From a virus (taxonomy: Duplodnaviria > Caudoviricetes): a stretch of DNA of 33,010 nucleotides. This document shows positions 18,048 to 27,825 of this stretch, one piece after another. The stretch's first letter is position 1; each line of letters starts with the position of its first letter. The stretch lies in the IMG/VR virus record IMGVR_UViG_3300048849_000138, positions 1 through 33,010 of that record; one strand, written 5' to 3'. The translations under genes were made by a program, and so were the position numbers. Under the pieces are notes generated by a model, which saw nothing but the letters and a program-made list of their open reading frames with translations, was not told where the DNA came from and ran no database searches.

Positions 18048-18980
18048 TCAGCGGAAGGTGATGGAGAACTCGTCGTTGCCCAGCAGCGGCTTGAGCTTCA
18101 GCGAGGCCTGCAGCGTGGCCGTGCCGTTGGCATCGCCTGCGGTGGGGTCGGCATACTGCACGTTGGGCGCGTTGATCTCGATAATCCGGCCGGCCACCTT
18201 GCCCTGCTGGAACTCGAGCTCACCCAGGTCACCGGAGCGGGCCAGGCCTTCCCAGTCCTTCACCGCAACCAGCGTGTTGTCGTGCGTGACGCTGCCCGTC
18301 GAGGCGCGCTGTGTGATGTCGACGGTTTCCTGGTTGATCACGTTCAGGTACTGCGCTGTGATGCCAGCGTCGAGCGTGAACGCATGCACCGGCACCACAA
18401 CGCCGAAGAGGCGAAGCGTGCTGTTCTGCTTGTTCACGCCCAGGGGCGTGGTGAAGGCGCTGTAGTTGGCGCCCGACGCGTCCAGCGGATCGTCGCTGAT
18501 GACCGACTGCAGGCCGACGAAGCTGAAGTTGAATTTCGGGATCTGGCCGGGCGATCCGTCGAAAGTCACGGTGCCGCGGCAGCCGGTGATGACGTGCTTC
18601 TTGCCGTCGAGGTTGAACACGATCGTGGCCGACTCGAAGCCGTTGCTGATCGGCGTGTAGGTGACGCTCTCGTCTTCGACGATGACCTCTGCGAAGCCGC
18701 ACGCGCGCAGCAGCGGGCCGACACCGGGCGCGACGCCCAGCGTGCCCGAGGCGGTTGCCTCGACCTCCAGCTGGAATTCGGCGTGGTCGTTGACCTGCAC
18801 GCTGCCCTGGTGGCCCAGGAAGGCCTGGATGTTGTTCCGGTCCACCGACGTGGCGACGACCGGGCGCGGCGTCGTGACGTTGCACAGCACGGCGTTCGCC
18901 GCCGCGGTGGGAATCGGATTGATGCCGTAGGCCGTCTCGATCATGAACAGCACGAGCGCCTGGCGCGACTTGAGACCCAT
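18048..18980 (-). CDS. Major tail tube protein, 310 aa
   Basis: ATG 18980 with GAGGAG SD; ETAYG, G-x-LLRACG, YTP, GCRGTV motifs typical of siphophage tail tubes; position before the chaperones. Confidence 0.85.
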   Translation of the reverse strand: MGLKSRQALVLFMIETAYGINPIPTAAANAVLCNVTTPRPVVATSVDRNNIQAFLGHQGSVQVNDHAEFQLEVEATASGTLGVAPGVGPLLRACGFAEVIVEDESVTYTPISNGFESATIVFNLDGKKHVITGCRGTVTFDGSPGQIPKFNFSFVGLQSVISDDPLDASGANYSAFTTPLGVNKQNSTLRLFGVVVPVHAFTLDAGITAQYLNVINQETVDITQRASTGSVTHDNTLVAVKDWEGLARSGDLGELEFQQGKVAGRIIEINAPNVQYADPTAGDANGTATLQASLKLKPLLGNDEFSITFR

Positions 18981-19005
18981 GTATTGCTCCTCGCGCCAGG
19001 GGCGC

Positions 19006-19043
19006 AAAAGAAAGCCCGCCGAGGCGCGATGGCCTGGCGGGCT
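19006..19043 (-). terminator. Terminator-like hairpin upstream of the tail tube gene
   Basis: Minus strand AGCCCGCC...GGCGGGCT followed by TTCTTTT. Confidence 0.6.
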
Positions 19044-19069
19044 GGTTTTCGTTCAGGTTGGAAGGTGGA

Positions 19070-19372
19070 TCAGGTGTCGGCGGTGTCCGGCGGCCGCGGG
19101 CGGGCCGCCTCCGGATCGCGCGCGGGGTCGCGGCCTGCGGGCGGCTTCACCACATGCTCACGCTCGGCCGAGCCGCGCGCGACGCGATAGCTGCCGCCGG
19201 TGCTGACCGGACGGGCAAGCGCGCCGCCGATCGTCGCTGCAGCCGGCGGGACGGCGAACTCGCTCACGATGCTGCCACCGGCAACGATGACGTCGCCGGG
19301 TGCTTGCGCACCGCCGGTGATAGCGGTCATGCCGGTCTCGGCGGGCTTCGAAGTCAGGTTCTTCAGGGACAT
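19070..19372 (-). CDS. Hypothetical protein, 100 aa (GGSY motif, low complexity)
   Basis: Strong AGGAG SD; fills the gap between tail terminator and tube genes. Confidence 0.6.
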   Translation of the reverse strand: MSLKNLTSKPAETGMTAITGGAQAPGDVIVAGGSIVSEFAVPPAAATIGGALARPVSTGGSYRVARGSAEREHVVKPPAGRDPARDPEAARPRPPDTADT

Positions 19373-19382
19373 GGTCCGTCTC

Positions 19383-19817
19383 CTATTCAGTGAGGGAGTC
19401 TTGCAGCGAGCGATAGAACAGTCGGAACCGCTTCGCGACGTACTTGCGGGACGGTTTGTCCTTTACGAAGCGCGGCTCGTCGGTACCGTGTTCCACAACA
19501 TCTGTCAGGCCCGGAAGGCCAGCGCCGGCCAGCTGCATGACCACGGGCTGCAGTGCGACGAAAACGCTGTCGGACACCGCATCGTCGCCGTCGTCAACGG
19601 TGTGGATGACGCACTGGATCTCGCGAACGCGGTCCGCCATCGGAAACGGCGAACCACCGAGCACCTCTTCAGCACCCCGGGCGATGACGAGCACCGCCTT
19701 CTCGTCGCGCGTGAACGCGCGGATGGTCGAGCGCTCCAGCGCGGCGGGGAAACTGGGCACGGCGGCCAGACGCCGGTACAGCTCATCGATGTAGATCTGC
19801 ACCATCGTCTCAGCCAT
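19383..19817 (-). CDS. Tail terminator (gpU-like)
   Basis: 144 aa, alpha/beta pattern ending RFRLFYRS; position between head closure and tail tube. Confidence 0.65.
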   Translation of the reverse strand: MAETMVQIYIDELYRRLAAVPSFPAALERSTIRAFTRDEKAVLVIARGAEEVLGGSPFPMADRVREIQCVIHTVDDGDDAVSDSVFVALQPVVMQLAGAGLPGLTDVVEHGTDEPRFVKDKPSRKYVAKRFRLFYRSLQDSLTE

Positions 19818-20118
19818 CGCTTACCTCCAGATCAGCGATGCTCCAGCTGCCGTCCTGCAGCAGCGTCGGCGGCTCGACGATGCGGTAGACCGTGCCACGC
19901 ACCTGCACCAGATCGTTTTCCTCCAGCTGCCGCACGGCGCCGGTGGTGTACTCGATCGTGGTCATGGTGATGTGAGCCTGCTGGTCGATCACGACTCGCT
20001 GCGGTTGGCGGAAGTCCACCATGAAGGTGGGCAACGGCTCTTCCGCCGTCAGCAGCGTGGCCGGCTCGCGCAGGCCCGCTCGGTCAACCGCCGCGTCGAT
20101 CAACGCGGCGATGTCCAT
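19810..20118 (-). CDS. Head-tail joining protein (gpFII-like), 102 aa
   Basis: ATG 20118 overlaps the capsid stop; beta-rich NDLVQVRGTVYRIVEPPTLLQDG pattern. Confidence 0.75.
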   Translation of the reverse strand: MDIAALIDAAVDRAGLREPATLLTAEEPLPTFMVDFRQPQRVVIDQQAHITMTTIEYTTGAVRQLEENDLVQVRGTVYRIVEPPTLLQDGSWSIADLEVSDG

Positions 20119-21125
20119 CACACCGCGCCGCCGCGCACCAGGCGGATCGTGGCGCCGGGCCGGGTGTTCATGTGCAGCGGGTTGGATTGCGACTCGATCT
20201 GGACGCCCTTGTCGAACGGCATGCGTTCGACCTTGGAGTAGTACGGCAGGCCGTCCGTGTTGACCGTTTCCATCCAGTCTGCGGGGCCGAACCACGTCAC
20301 GAACATGTCGGGCACACCCTCGGGGAAGGCGTGCGCCTCGTCATCTGCGACGTACGCCGTCGGGCCGACCTTGCCGCGGTAACGCTCGAAGATGATGCCC
20401 CCCAGTTCGAACTCATCCGGCAACGCGCCGCGCAATTCCGCTGCCTGCGCCGTGTTCAGGTAGGTTTCACGCACCGACTTGTGCTCGATGAGGTCTTCCC
20501 AGAAGTTCTTGCCGCAAAGCGCGCGCACCTTCAAGAAAGGCGTGCCGCCGAGCGCGTCGCTGATCAGGTCGACGACCTGGGTGGCCTTCTTTCGAACGAT
20601 CGTGCTCGCAGTGCCGAGGTCGAAGGCCACAGACTGTTGGTCGATCTTGAATGCGTCGTAGATGTCGATCAGAGGCGTGGTTCCGTCGGCATCGAGCACC
20701 AGCCCCTTGATGGCACCGATGCGCTGCCATTCATGGGTCATGTCCAGCTGGGTGCGGTGTTTTGCCTGGTACTTCGCCACGCGCGCCTGCGCAACTTCGA
20801 GCTCAGACTGCTTGCCGAACGCGCGGATGCCTTGGATCTCGTCCGCCATCATGGTGGACCATTCCGGCAGGTGCACCACGTTGAACGGCAACAGCTTGCG
20901 GCGGCCGAGCGTTTCCACCTGGGGAACGCCACCGCGCGGCTTTGCGAACACCAGGCGCAGACGATCGCCGTCGAACTCGACCTGCACCGTCAGCGTCGGC
21001 ACCGACTCTTCACGGAACAGCCCGAGGCGCGCAATGCGACCCGGGACAAACGGTTGCTCGTTGATGGCGACAGCGAGGTTGGGGACCGAGAACGCTTCGT
21101 CCTCGAAAATCGAGATTTCGGCCAT
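20118..21125 (-). CDS. Major capsid protein (lambda gpE family)
   Basis: 335 aa; ADEIQGIRAFG, THEWQRIGAIKG, QSNPLHMNTRP motifs; follows the decoration protein. Confidence 0.93.
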   Translation of the reverse strand: MAEISIFEDEAFSVPNLAVAINEQPFVPGRIARLGLFREESVPTLTVQVEFDGDRLRLVFAKPRGGVPQVETLGRRKLLPFNVVHLPEWSTMMADEIQGIRAFGKQSELEVAQARVAKYQAKHRTQLDMTHEWQRIGAIKGLVLDADGTTPLIDIYDAFKIDQQSVAFDLGTASTIVRKKATQVVDLISDALGGTPFLKVRALCGKNFWEDLIEHKSVRETYLNTAQAAELRGALPDEFELGGIIFERYRGKVGPTAYVADDEAHAFPEGVPDMFVTWFGPADWMETVNTDGLPYYSKVERMPFDKGVQIESQSNPLHMNTRPGATIRLVRGGAV

Positions 21126-21135
21126 GTTGGCTCCT

Positions 21136-21196
21136 GAAATGAAAGCGGCCGCCCTCAGGCGGCCATCGAACTTGGGGAGCGGACAGGTGTCCGCTG
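21136..21196 (-). promoter_or_regulatory. Two hairpins between the decoration and capsid genes
   Basis: AGCGGACA-NN-TGTCCGCT and GGCCGCC-NNNN-GGCGGCC, followed on the minus strand by GCTTTCATTTC and then the AGGAG SD. Confidence 0.55.
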
Positions 21197-21200
21197 GAGA

Positions 21201-21548
21201 TCAGTCGCGAACGATGATGCCGACGTCGACCAGGTCCGCAATCGCAGCAGCGTCCACATCCACGAGAAGCGCCTCGGCAACCTCGGCATCCCGCACGATC
21301 ACGGCGACCAACAGGTCGGTGTCCGATGCGGGTGCCGGGGCGTAGAGGATGGCTGCCGCGGGTGCGGTGGCGGCGTCGGCGGCCACGTACGGCACGTACT
21401 TGCCGCCGACCACGGCCAGCACTTGGCCAGCGGGCAGCGGCTCGTCCGGGCCAGCCAGGACGGCATTCTCGCGGGACCGGTAGCCGGGGGCTTCGGACAG
21501 AAGGAAGTCGGCAATGCGCGACTGCTGTTCGATGAACTTCGGGGGCAT
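21201..21548 (-). CDS. Head decoration protein (gpD-like)
   Basis: FLLSEAPGYRSRE, LPAGQVL, AAAILY, VRDAEV, GIIVR motifs; lies between protease and capsid. Confidence 0.9.
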   Translation of the reverse strand: MPPKFIEQQSRIADFLLSEAPGYRSRENAVLAGPDEPLPAGQVLAVVGGKYVPYVAADAATAPAAAILYAPAPASDTDLLVAVIVRDAEVAEALLVDVDAAAIADLVDVGIIVRD

Positions 21549-21557
21549 GGTTGCTCC

Positions 21558-22670
21558 TTAACGGTTGGTGGCAGAGATGGCTTGCCGGCGAGCTGCCAAG
21601 ATCGCCGCAGGATTCGGCCCGCTCTGCGACGGAGCCGTGTTCGTGGGGGGGCGCTGCACGTTGCTGATACGGGCTGCGGCGCCGGAGTTGATGGCGTCGA
21701 ACAGGCGGGCCCGCGCCAGATCGGGCGTCAGGCCGGACATGACAAAATCCGCTGCGCGGTCGGGAAGCTTGGCTGCCAAGCACAGTCCGGCGATTTCCTT
21801 CGCTTCCGAGACTCGGGCGTCCGCCTGCGCTTCGCCGTCCAAGCCGCCGGATGCCAGCACGCCCTCGGCAAGATGGCCCAGGTTGGCTGCGCGGCAGGCC
21901 GCGAAAACGCGCGCCATCAGCGCCTTCGGTTCAGAGGGCGTCCCGCCCGGGTCCGGTGTGGGCTCGGGGGTCGGATCGGAGGCGGGTGCGGGAGGCGGCT
22001 CGGACGCCATCGACGGGTCAGCCAGCGGCAGGTCGTCGCCTTCGAGCTGGGCGATCAGTGCCTCGGGGGCATTCGCATGCCGCGCCAGAAGCGCCGTCAT
22101 CTCCGCCGACGCGGCAAGCTTCACCGGCTCCTCGATAGCCGTGCAGAAACCTTTCTCCAGCGCCTCGGCGGCCGTCATCCACGTGGTGGCGTCCATCATC
22201 GCGATGATGTCGGCCTCGGTCTGGCCGCTGCGCTGGTAGGCGGCCACGATGCCGTCGCGAAGCTTGTCCATCATCTCGGCCGCCTTGCGGAGGTCTTCCG
22301 CGGTGCCACCGGCGATGGTCCACACGTTGTGGATCATGATCGTCGCGTTTTCAGGCATGACGATGTCGTCGCCGGCCATCATGATCAGCGACGCCGCGCT
22401 GGCTGCAACGCCATCCACGCGGGTGGTCACCTTGCCGGCGTAGCGCCGCAGGCCGTTGTAGATCGCGAAGGCATCGAACACGTCGCCGCCCGGCGAATTG
22501 ATGGACACCACGATCGCCGACGCATCGGCTGCGATGGCGTCCAGCTCGGCCATGAAGTCCGACGCGGTCATGCCCCAGAAGCCGATTTCCGAGTAGATCC
22601 GGATCTCTGCCGTCTTCTGGCCGCTGGTTTCGGTCGCCTTCATGGCGTACCACTGCTTTTTCTTCGCCAT
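21558..22670 (-). CDS. Head maturation protease, ClpP-type, with C-terminal scaffold-like region
   Basis: INSPGGDVF, GVAASAAS (catalytic Ser), MIHN (catalytic His); Pro-rich linker then a helical tail. Confidence 0.92.
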   Translation of the reverse strand: MAKKKQWYAMKATETSGQKTAEIRIYSEIGFWGMTASDFMAELDAIAADASAIVVSINSPGGDVFDAFAIYNGLRRYAGKVTTRVDGVAASAASLIMMAGDDIVMPENATIMIHNVWTIAGGTAEDLRKAAEMMDKLRDGIVAAYQRSGQTEADIIAMMDATTWMTAAEALEKGFCTAIEEPVKLAASAEMTALLARHANAPEALIAQLEGDDLPLADPSMASEPPPAPASDPTPEPTPDPGGTPSEPKALMARVFAACRAANLGHLAEGVLASGGLDGEAQADARVSEAKEIAGLCLAAKLPDRAADFVMSGLTPDLARARLFDAINSGAAARISNVQRPPTNTAPSQSGPNPAAILAARRQAISATNR

Positions 22671-22678
22671 GTCGGCTC

Positions 22679-24208
22679 CTATGCAAACGAACTGTCGGCC
22701 GGTTCGGACACGTCGGCGCCTGAAGCGGCGCCGGTGCCGGTGACACGGCGGGGGTCGCTGTCGAACACCATTTCGTTGTCGTCGGCCCGCTGGTTGTCGA
22801 GGCGGATTTCCTCGTCGACGTCGTCCGGGTCGTCGCCCTGTTCAAGAATGACGCCCGACCGACTCTTGAAGCCAGCGCGCACCTGGTCCTTCTTCGCCTT
22901 GATGTCCTGCACCGGGTTGAAGTACGCCCAGCCCTGCGGCACCCAGCGAACACGGCGATACAGCCGGCGGTTCGCCAAGTAGTCGGGAATGCTCAGCACG
23001 CCGGCGAGGTACGCCATATCGATGAAGGCGTTCCACATCGGACGGCACCACTGCTGGATGAACACCGTCCACTGGTATTGCTCGATCAGGCGGTGGAACT
23101 CGTTCACCAGGACGCGCAAGGTTCGGTCGCTGATGCCGCGGAGGTCACCCGTGCCGATTTCGTACGGCACTCCGACCGACGCGAAGGCGGCCATCAGCTG
23201 CTGCCGCATGAATCCCTCGTACTCGGCACCAGGGCCGGGCGGGCTTGCGAAGCTCACCTCTTCGCCTGGCGCCAACTCCTGCATCGTGCCGGGCTCCAGC
23301 GCGACCATCGGCGAGCCGTCGGTGTCGATGGTCTCCCAGCCAGCGCCGTCGTCTGTCGGATCGTTCGGATTGGCGTCGGACACCGGCTTGCGGATGAAGC
23401 CAGCGAATAGATTCGCGACTTCCTGGCGAAATGCCACAGCGTCGTCGAAGTCGTCGAGGGTCTTTAGTCTCAGCAGAACAGTGGCGAGCTCGGACACCCC
23501 ACGCACCTGGCCGGGGCGTAGGGTCTGGAACGCGTGCACGACTTGGTCCGCAGGCACCACGCGAATCTCGCGAGGCACGATGGATGCGCGACCATACTCG
23601 CCCGGGTGCTGGTTCCACATGTGGTACGCGGTGCGTTGGCCGATCTGGTTGAACTGCACGCCGTTGACCACCTCGCCGGTTTGCAGAGATTGGTTCAGCT
23701 CCACCGGTAGGTGGTCGGCCTCCAATGCCTGCACCTGCAGCGGCACCGCGAGACCATCGGTCACGCGACGCGGGCGAAGGCGCGAGAGCGCCTCGCCATC
23801 GATGAAGATGCCGCGCGCAGCCAGCACCTGCAGGCCGTAGAAGTCGAGCCGGCCATCTGCATCGGCGTCCGGCACCCAGTCCGCGAACAGATCTTTCAGG
23901 CTTGCCCGAATCCGCTTGTCCGGGTGCTGCGGATACGGCTGGATGCCCGTGCCGATGGCGTTCGACACCCAGGTGGTGACGGACTTCTTCGCCCACGGGT
24001 CATTGCGGACGGCGTCGCGTGCTCGCCGGACGATCAACCCATGGTTGTTCGTCGCGGCGGCGTTCGGGCCGGAGCCCGCCGGATTCCACGTGCGCGAGCG
24101 GCTGCCCGTCGCGCTTCCGGCCTCGTAGCTGGTACGTCGGCTTGCCTGCATGCGCGTCGGCAGAACCATGCCTCGACGCGCCAGGGTCGGATAGAGAGCC
24201 TTGCTCAT
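22679..24208 (-). CDS. Portal protein, lambda family
   Basis: RARDAVRND, RPGQVRGV, LEPGTMQELAPGEEV, GVPYE...GDL motifs; 509 aa. Confidence 0.95.
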   Translation of the reverse strand: MSKALYPTLARRGMVLPTRMQASRRTSYEAGSATGSRSRTWNPAGSGPNAAATNNHGLIVRRARDAVRNDPWAKKSVTTWVSNAIGTGIQPYPQHPDKRIRASLKDLFADWVPDADADGRLDFYGLQVLAARGIFIDGEALSRLRPRRVTDGLAVPLQVQALEADHLPVELNQSLQTGEVVNGVQFNQIGQRTAYHMWNQHPGEYGRASIVPREIRVVPADQVVHAFQTLRPGQVRGVSELATVLLRLKTLDDFDDAVAFRQEVANLFAGFIRKPVSDANPNDPTDDGAGWETIDTDGSPMVALEPGTMQELAPGEEVSFASPPGPGAEYEGFMRQQLMAAFASVGVPYEIGTGDLRGISDRTLRVLVNEFHRLIEQYQWTVFIQQWCRPMWNAFIDMAYLAGVLSIPDYLANRRLYRRVRWVPQGWAYFNPVQDIKAKKDQVRAGFKSRSGVILEQGDDPDDVDEEIRLDNQRADDNEMVFDSDPRRVTGTGAASGADVSEPADSSFA

Positions 24209-24411
24209 CAGACCCCCTTGCCGGCGTGCCGCACACGGATGAACGGAGAACGACGCCGTGCCGCGCGCAGCGCGCCCATGATGCGCTGCTCCGCCGCCAG
24301 CAACTCAGCGGTGGTGCGATAACGCACCCGCTTGTCGCCGTACTGCACTTCCAGCTGGGAGCCGGCGATCGCCTTGCGGACCTCGTCGAGGTCTTGTTGG
24401 GTATAGGCCAT
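24208..24411 (-). CDS. Head-tail joining protein gpW-like, 67 aa
   Basis: MAYTQQDLDEVRKAIA...VQYGDKRVRYRTTAEL; lies between TerL and portal. Confidence 0.88.
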   Translation of the reverse strand: MAYTQQDLDEVRKAIAGSQLEVQYGDKRVRYRTTAELLAAEQRIMGALRAARRRSPFIRVRHAGKGV

Positions 24412-24412
24412 G

Positions 24413-26443
24413 TCATCGCCTGCGGAGATAGGGTGAAGCGGAGACGCGCCGCGCGCGCGGAGCTGGCCGCGGCTTCGCGACCGGCTGCCGGTCAGATGTA
24501 GAAACGCCCGCTTTCGCGGGCGTCGATTTCGGTGTTGGGGCGGGGTCCGCCGGATCGTCTGCAGCGCCTGGCTGCACCCGCTCCTGCAGCTTGTCCCACC
24601 AGGCGTCGGTCTTCCGGTGCAGTTCGAGATGGGCCTCCACCCACAGCGCGTACACGGCGCAATCCCACGTTTCCACGCGGGATCGTGTCGCCGCCCATCG
24701 GCTCTGCGGGCCGCTGATGGTCTTGCGGGTCGCGCGCACCTCGCCCGCGAACTGCCGGAACCACTCGTCCGACAGGTCCGACGAGATGTGCACGTAGCCC
24801 GGGCCCGGCGTCCGAACCTGCAGGCGGCCGTACAGCAGATCCTTCGCCAAGTTGGTGCCGACGTGCCACAGCACCACCCCTTTCTTGACCCGCTTGCCGC
24901 GCCAGTCGATGTCGACGTGCGTGGCCCCGTCCTTGATGTGCTTCTCGCCGACCGGCCGCCCGCGCAACGCGTAGACCCGACGGCGTGCATGCTTGCGCGC
25001 GAACTCATACACCGCGTGCGAGTGGTGACCGCCGCTGTCGATGCCCGAGGCGTAGATACCGATATCCGGCCCGGCCTCGTGCGCATACCGGGTGTTCAGC
25101 AGAAAATCTTCGACCTCCAGCCACACTGCGTCCTCGGACGGGTTGCCGTAGAAGATGCGGTGCTCGATCGTCCACATCTGGCTGCCGCGCCCGAAGCCCC
25201 ATACGGCGACCTCGATCCGGTTGTCCTGCGTGTCGCAACCGGCCAGCAGCAGCAAGCATCCTTTCGGCACCAGCTTCAAGGCAAAGGGCTCGGCCCGCCC
25301 CTTCAGTTCGTCCAGGTCGGTGCGCTCGATCTCGCCTTCCCAGACCTCGCCGCGCGTGGTGTTCCAGAACGCCTTTAGCTTGCTGTCGTCGCCCTGCTGG
25401 GCCGCCTCCCACGCCGTGATGAAGTCCTTGACGATTTCCGCCCAGGTCACATTGGGGCTATACGCCGTCCAGACCGTGAACGCGATGCGCTCGTGCGGCG
25501 GCACGATCTCGAAGTCGGCATTGCGGAACGTGCCATCGTTCTCGATGATCGTGCCGTCGTCACCTACCCACCGGCCCAGGTCCGCCACGTCCAAGTACTG
25601 GCTCTGCGTCATGAACTCGCCGCAGTGTGGGCACAGATGCCGCACTGTCGTCGAGTCGCGGCCGTCCCACTTGAAGCCGTGCGGCTCGTCCTTCCCGCCC
25701 CAGGTGATGGCGTGGTACCCGCCACAGTGCGGGCATGGCACCTGGTAGGTGTACCGCGCATCTGCTGCCGTGGCCTGGGCGTCGATCAGACAGAAGCCCT
25801 TCAGCTTCGGCGTCGAGCCGCACACGAGCTTCGGGAAGGTCGCGCCCTCCAGCCGCTTCCGCGCCAGCGTGACCGGATCGCCTTCCTTCTCGACGTCGTT
25901 GTCGAAGGCGCTCAGCTCGTCGAGGTACGCCATCGAGACGCTGATGCGGCGATAGTTCTTCGCGGCCTTGCCACCGCGCAGATGGAGCATGCTGCCGATG
26001 AACTTCTTCTGCAGCAGCGTGTTGTCCTTGTGCCGGGCCATCCGCGCCGGGAACACCGGGTGCATGACGTCGACGTCGCGCAGCACCGGTTCGAGCTCGG
26101 TCTTGACGAACTCGTCTCGATCGTCATCGGTCGGCTGCCACAGCGCCTGATTGCGGCGGCGGTGCTCGGCCGTGTAGCAGACGGCAGCGAGCAGGATCTT
26201 GGTGTAGCCAACGCGGGCGGACTTCTTCACGTCCACTTCGCGGATGGCGTCGTTGCTGATGCACGCGAGGATCGCCCGCTGGAATGGCCACGGATCCCAA
26301 TCCTGCTCGACGTATGACGATTCGGCGCTCAGGTAGAAATGCTTCTTCGACCAGTCGAGCAACGACATCGGCTCCGGCACGGCGAACGCCGATAGGCCAC
26401 TCGCCAGGTGTCGCTGGACGACGGCGGCATCGGCAATCAGCAT
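24413..26443 (-). CDS. Terminase large subunit (lambda gpA family)
   Basis: Walker A KSARVGYT, Walker B AYLDE, GSTP coupling motif, two CPHC motifs, nuclease GCDTQ and IDSGG. Confidence 0.97.
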   Translation of the reverse strand: MLIADAAVVQRHLASGLSAFAVPEPMSLLDWSKKHFYLSAESSYVEQDWDPWPFQRAILACISNDAIREVDVKKSARVGYTKILLAAVCYTAEHRRRNQALWQPTDDDRDEFVKTELEPVLRDVDVMHPVFPARMARHKDNTLLQKKFIGSMLHLRGGKAAKNYRRISVSMAYLDELSAFDNDVEKEGDPVTLARKRLEGATFPKLVCGSTPKLKGFCLIDAQATAADARYTYQVPCPHCGGYHAITWGGKDEPHGFKWDGRDSTTVRHLCPHCGEFMTQSQYLDVADLGRWVGDDGTIIENDGTFRNADFEIVPPHERIAFTVWTAYSPNVTWAEIVKDFITAWEAAQQGDDSKLKAFWNTTRGEVWEGEIERTDLDELKGRAEPFALKLVPKGCLLLLAGCDTQDNRIEVAVWGFGRGSQMWTIEHRIFYGNPSEDAVWLEVEDFLLNTRYAHEAGPDIGIYASGIDSGGHHSHAVYEFARKHARRRVYALRGRPVGEKHIKDGATHVDIDWRGKRVKKGVVLWHVGTNLAKDLLYGRLQVRTPGPGYVHISSDLSDEWFRQFAGEVRATRKTISGPQSRWAATRSRVETWDCAVYALWVEAHLELHRKTDAWWDKLQERVQPGAADDPADPAPTPKSTPAKAGVSTSDRQPVAKPRPAPRARRVSASPYLRRR

Positions 26444-26447
26444 GAAA

Positions 26448-26987
26448 CTATCCTTCGGCTTGAACTTCCTCCTGGGGTGTCAAGCCATCGAGTGGCCCGA
26501 GATCCTGAAGGCCAATCGCCGCGGCGATATTTCGGGCCTTGGCGATCTCGCGCGCCACGATCTCGACTTCGCTGGCGGTCAGGTGCGGAAGACGCCGCTT
26601 CACCGTGGCGGGCACCGTGTCCAGAATGCCGGCCACCTTCCCGCCGGCGGTGCTCAGCACCTGCTCGATCAGGACGACCGGCGCCAACTCCTGGCGTGTC
26701 ACCGCGTTCTTCATGGCTTGGGCATCCGCCTGTTCGTTGGCGAGACGCGTCCGGGCCGCCACCAAGTCGCTGTCGCCGTCTTCGGACATGCGGCCAGCAG
26801 CCACCCCTCGGAGGTTTTCGCAGTAGGCGAGCAGCCACGCGTGCCCAGTCCCCTCCGCTGGCAAGATGCCGCGCGACAGCAGGTCACTCACTGCCGACTG
26901 CGTGATGCCGACCAGGCGGCCGAACTTAGCCTGGGTCATGCCGTTGTGCAGGTCGAATGCGTTGGGGTCGCCCTTCCAGTCCTTCAT
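26448..26987 (-). CDS. Terminase small subunit (Nu1-like)
   Basis: N-terminal HTH TQAKFGRLVGITQSAVS, LRGVAAGR, ARTRLANEQAD...KNA motifs; directly upstream of TerL. Confidence 0.9.
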   Translation of the reverse strand: MKDWKGDPNAFDLHNGMTQAKFGRLVGITQSAVSDLLSRGILPAEGTGHAWLLAYCENLRGVAAGRMSEDGDSDLVAARTRLANEQADAQAMKNAVTRQELAPVVLIEQVLSTAGGKVAGILDTVPATVKRRLPHLTASEVEIVAREIAKARNIAAAIGLQDLGPLDGLTPQEEVQAEG

Positions 26988-27772
26988 CGCGCGCTCCCAA
27001 GAGCCGCATCCAGCGCGGTCGTGTATTGATTATCGAAACTTTCGGCGAACACCTCCTCCGCGGTGCCGTAGAAGTCGAGGCGCGGCCTGTAGTGCGGCGC
27101 ATTAACGAACAGCAGCACGGGCTTCACGTCGACGCCGTGCGTTCCGGTCTTCTGCCACACACCCGCAGGCAGGTGCTGCTGGCGGCCGCGCACCTGCGAG
27201 CCGGGCCCTTTCGACACGAAATACACCTTGCCGCCGATCTGCTTGTACCCTTCGGCCGAGGTGCGCACGCCCGCGACCCGGGACAGTGTCCGCGCCGTAG
27301 CATTGGCGCGGTATCCCTGCTCGCCGAAAGCCTGCAGATACGACAGCAGCTTCACGGTGAACCCGCGCGAGACGTTGCCATACTGGTCCATCTCGGCGCC
27401 GGCGGCCGGCACGGTGTACTGGCCGGGCAGCAGGCCCGCCCGGCTCAGGGCCACTTCCGAGCGCTTCCGGTTCCGGCCTCCGCCAAAAACCTGCGGACCG
27501 AGGTACCGGTCCGCGGCGAGACCCTTGCCGGCACCGTCCTTGAAGTCGACGTACGCCGTCTGGTCGTCGCGGGTCGCCGGCCTGACGCGGAGCGCGTTCA
27601 GCGAGTAGGGGGTCGGCCGGTCGAACACCTGCGGCATGTCGGCGCGCAGTTTCTCTGCAACCAGGCGAGCCGTGCGAGTGAGCGCCACGGCGGCAGCGAA
27701 GGCCTGCTGCCGCTGCAAGTCGAGGTACAGATTCGGCGCTTCGCCAAGGTTGGCCCGATAGCCCAGCTGCAT
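26984..27772 (-). CDS. Basic phage protein, probably gpZ-like tail completion protein, 262 aa
   Basis: FAAAVALTRTA...VFDRPTPYSL...YRPRLDFY motifs recalled from a family found beside terminases; ATGA-coupled to TerS; GGAGG SD. Confidence 0.65.
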   Translation of the reverse strand: MQLGYRANLGEAPNLYLDLQRQQAFAAAVALTRTARLVAEKLRADMPQVFDRPTPYSLNALRVRPATRDDQTAYVDFKDGAGKGLAADRYLGPQVFGGGRNRKRSEVALSRAGLLPGQYTVPAAGAEMDQYGNVSRGFTVKLLSYLQAFGEQGYRANATARTLSRVAGVRTSAEGYKQIGGKVYFVSKGPGSQVRGRQQHLPAGVWQKTGTHGVDVKPVLLFVNAPHYRPRLDFYGTAEEVFAESFDNQYTTALDAALGSAR

Positions 27773-27825
27773 CCCGGCCTCCGAAAATTATCATCACCCC
27801 CCTATGGCGGCCCTTTATCTAGCGG

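Noticed and set aside
21558-22010. Internal in-frame scaffold gene (Nu3-like) within the protease
   Set aside because: Plausible by analogy, but the candidate Met codons lack a convincing SD; not supportable from sequence alone.
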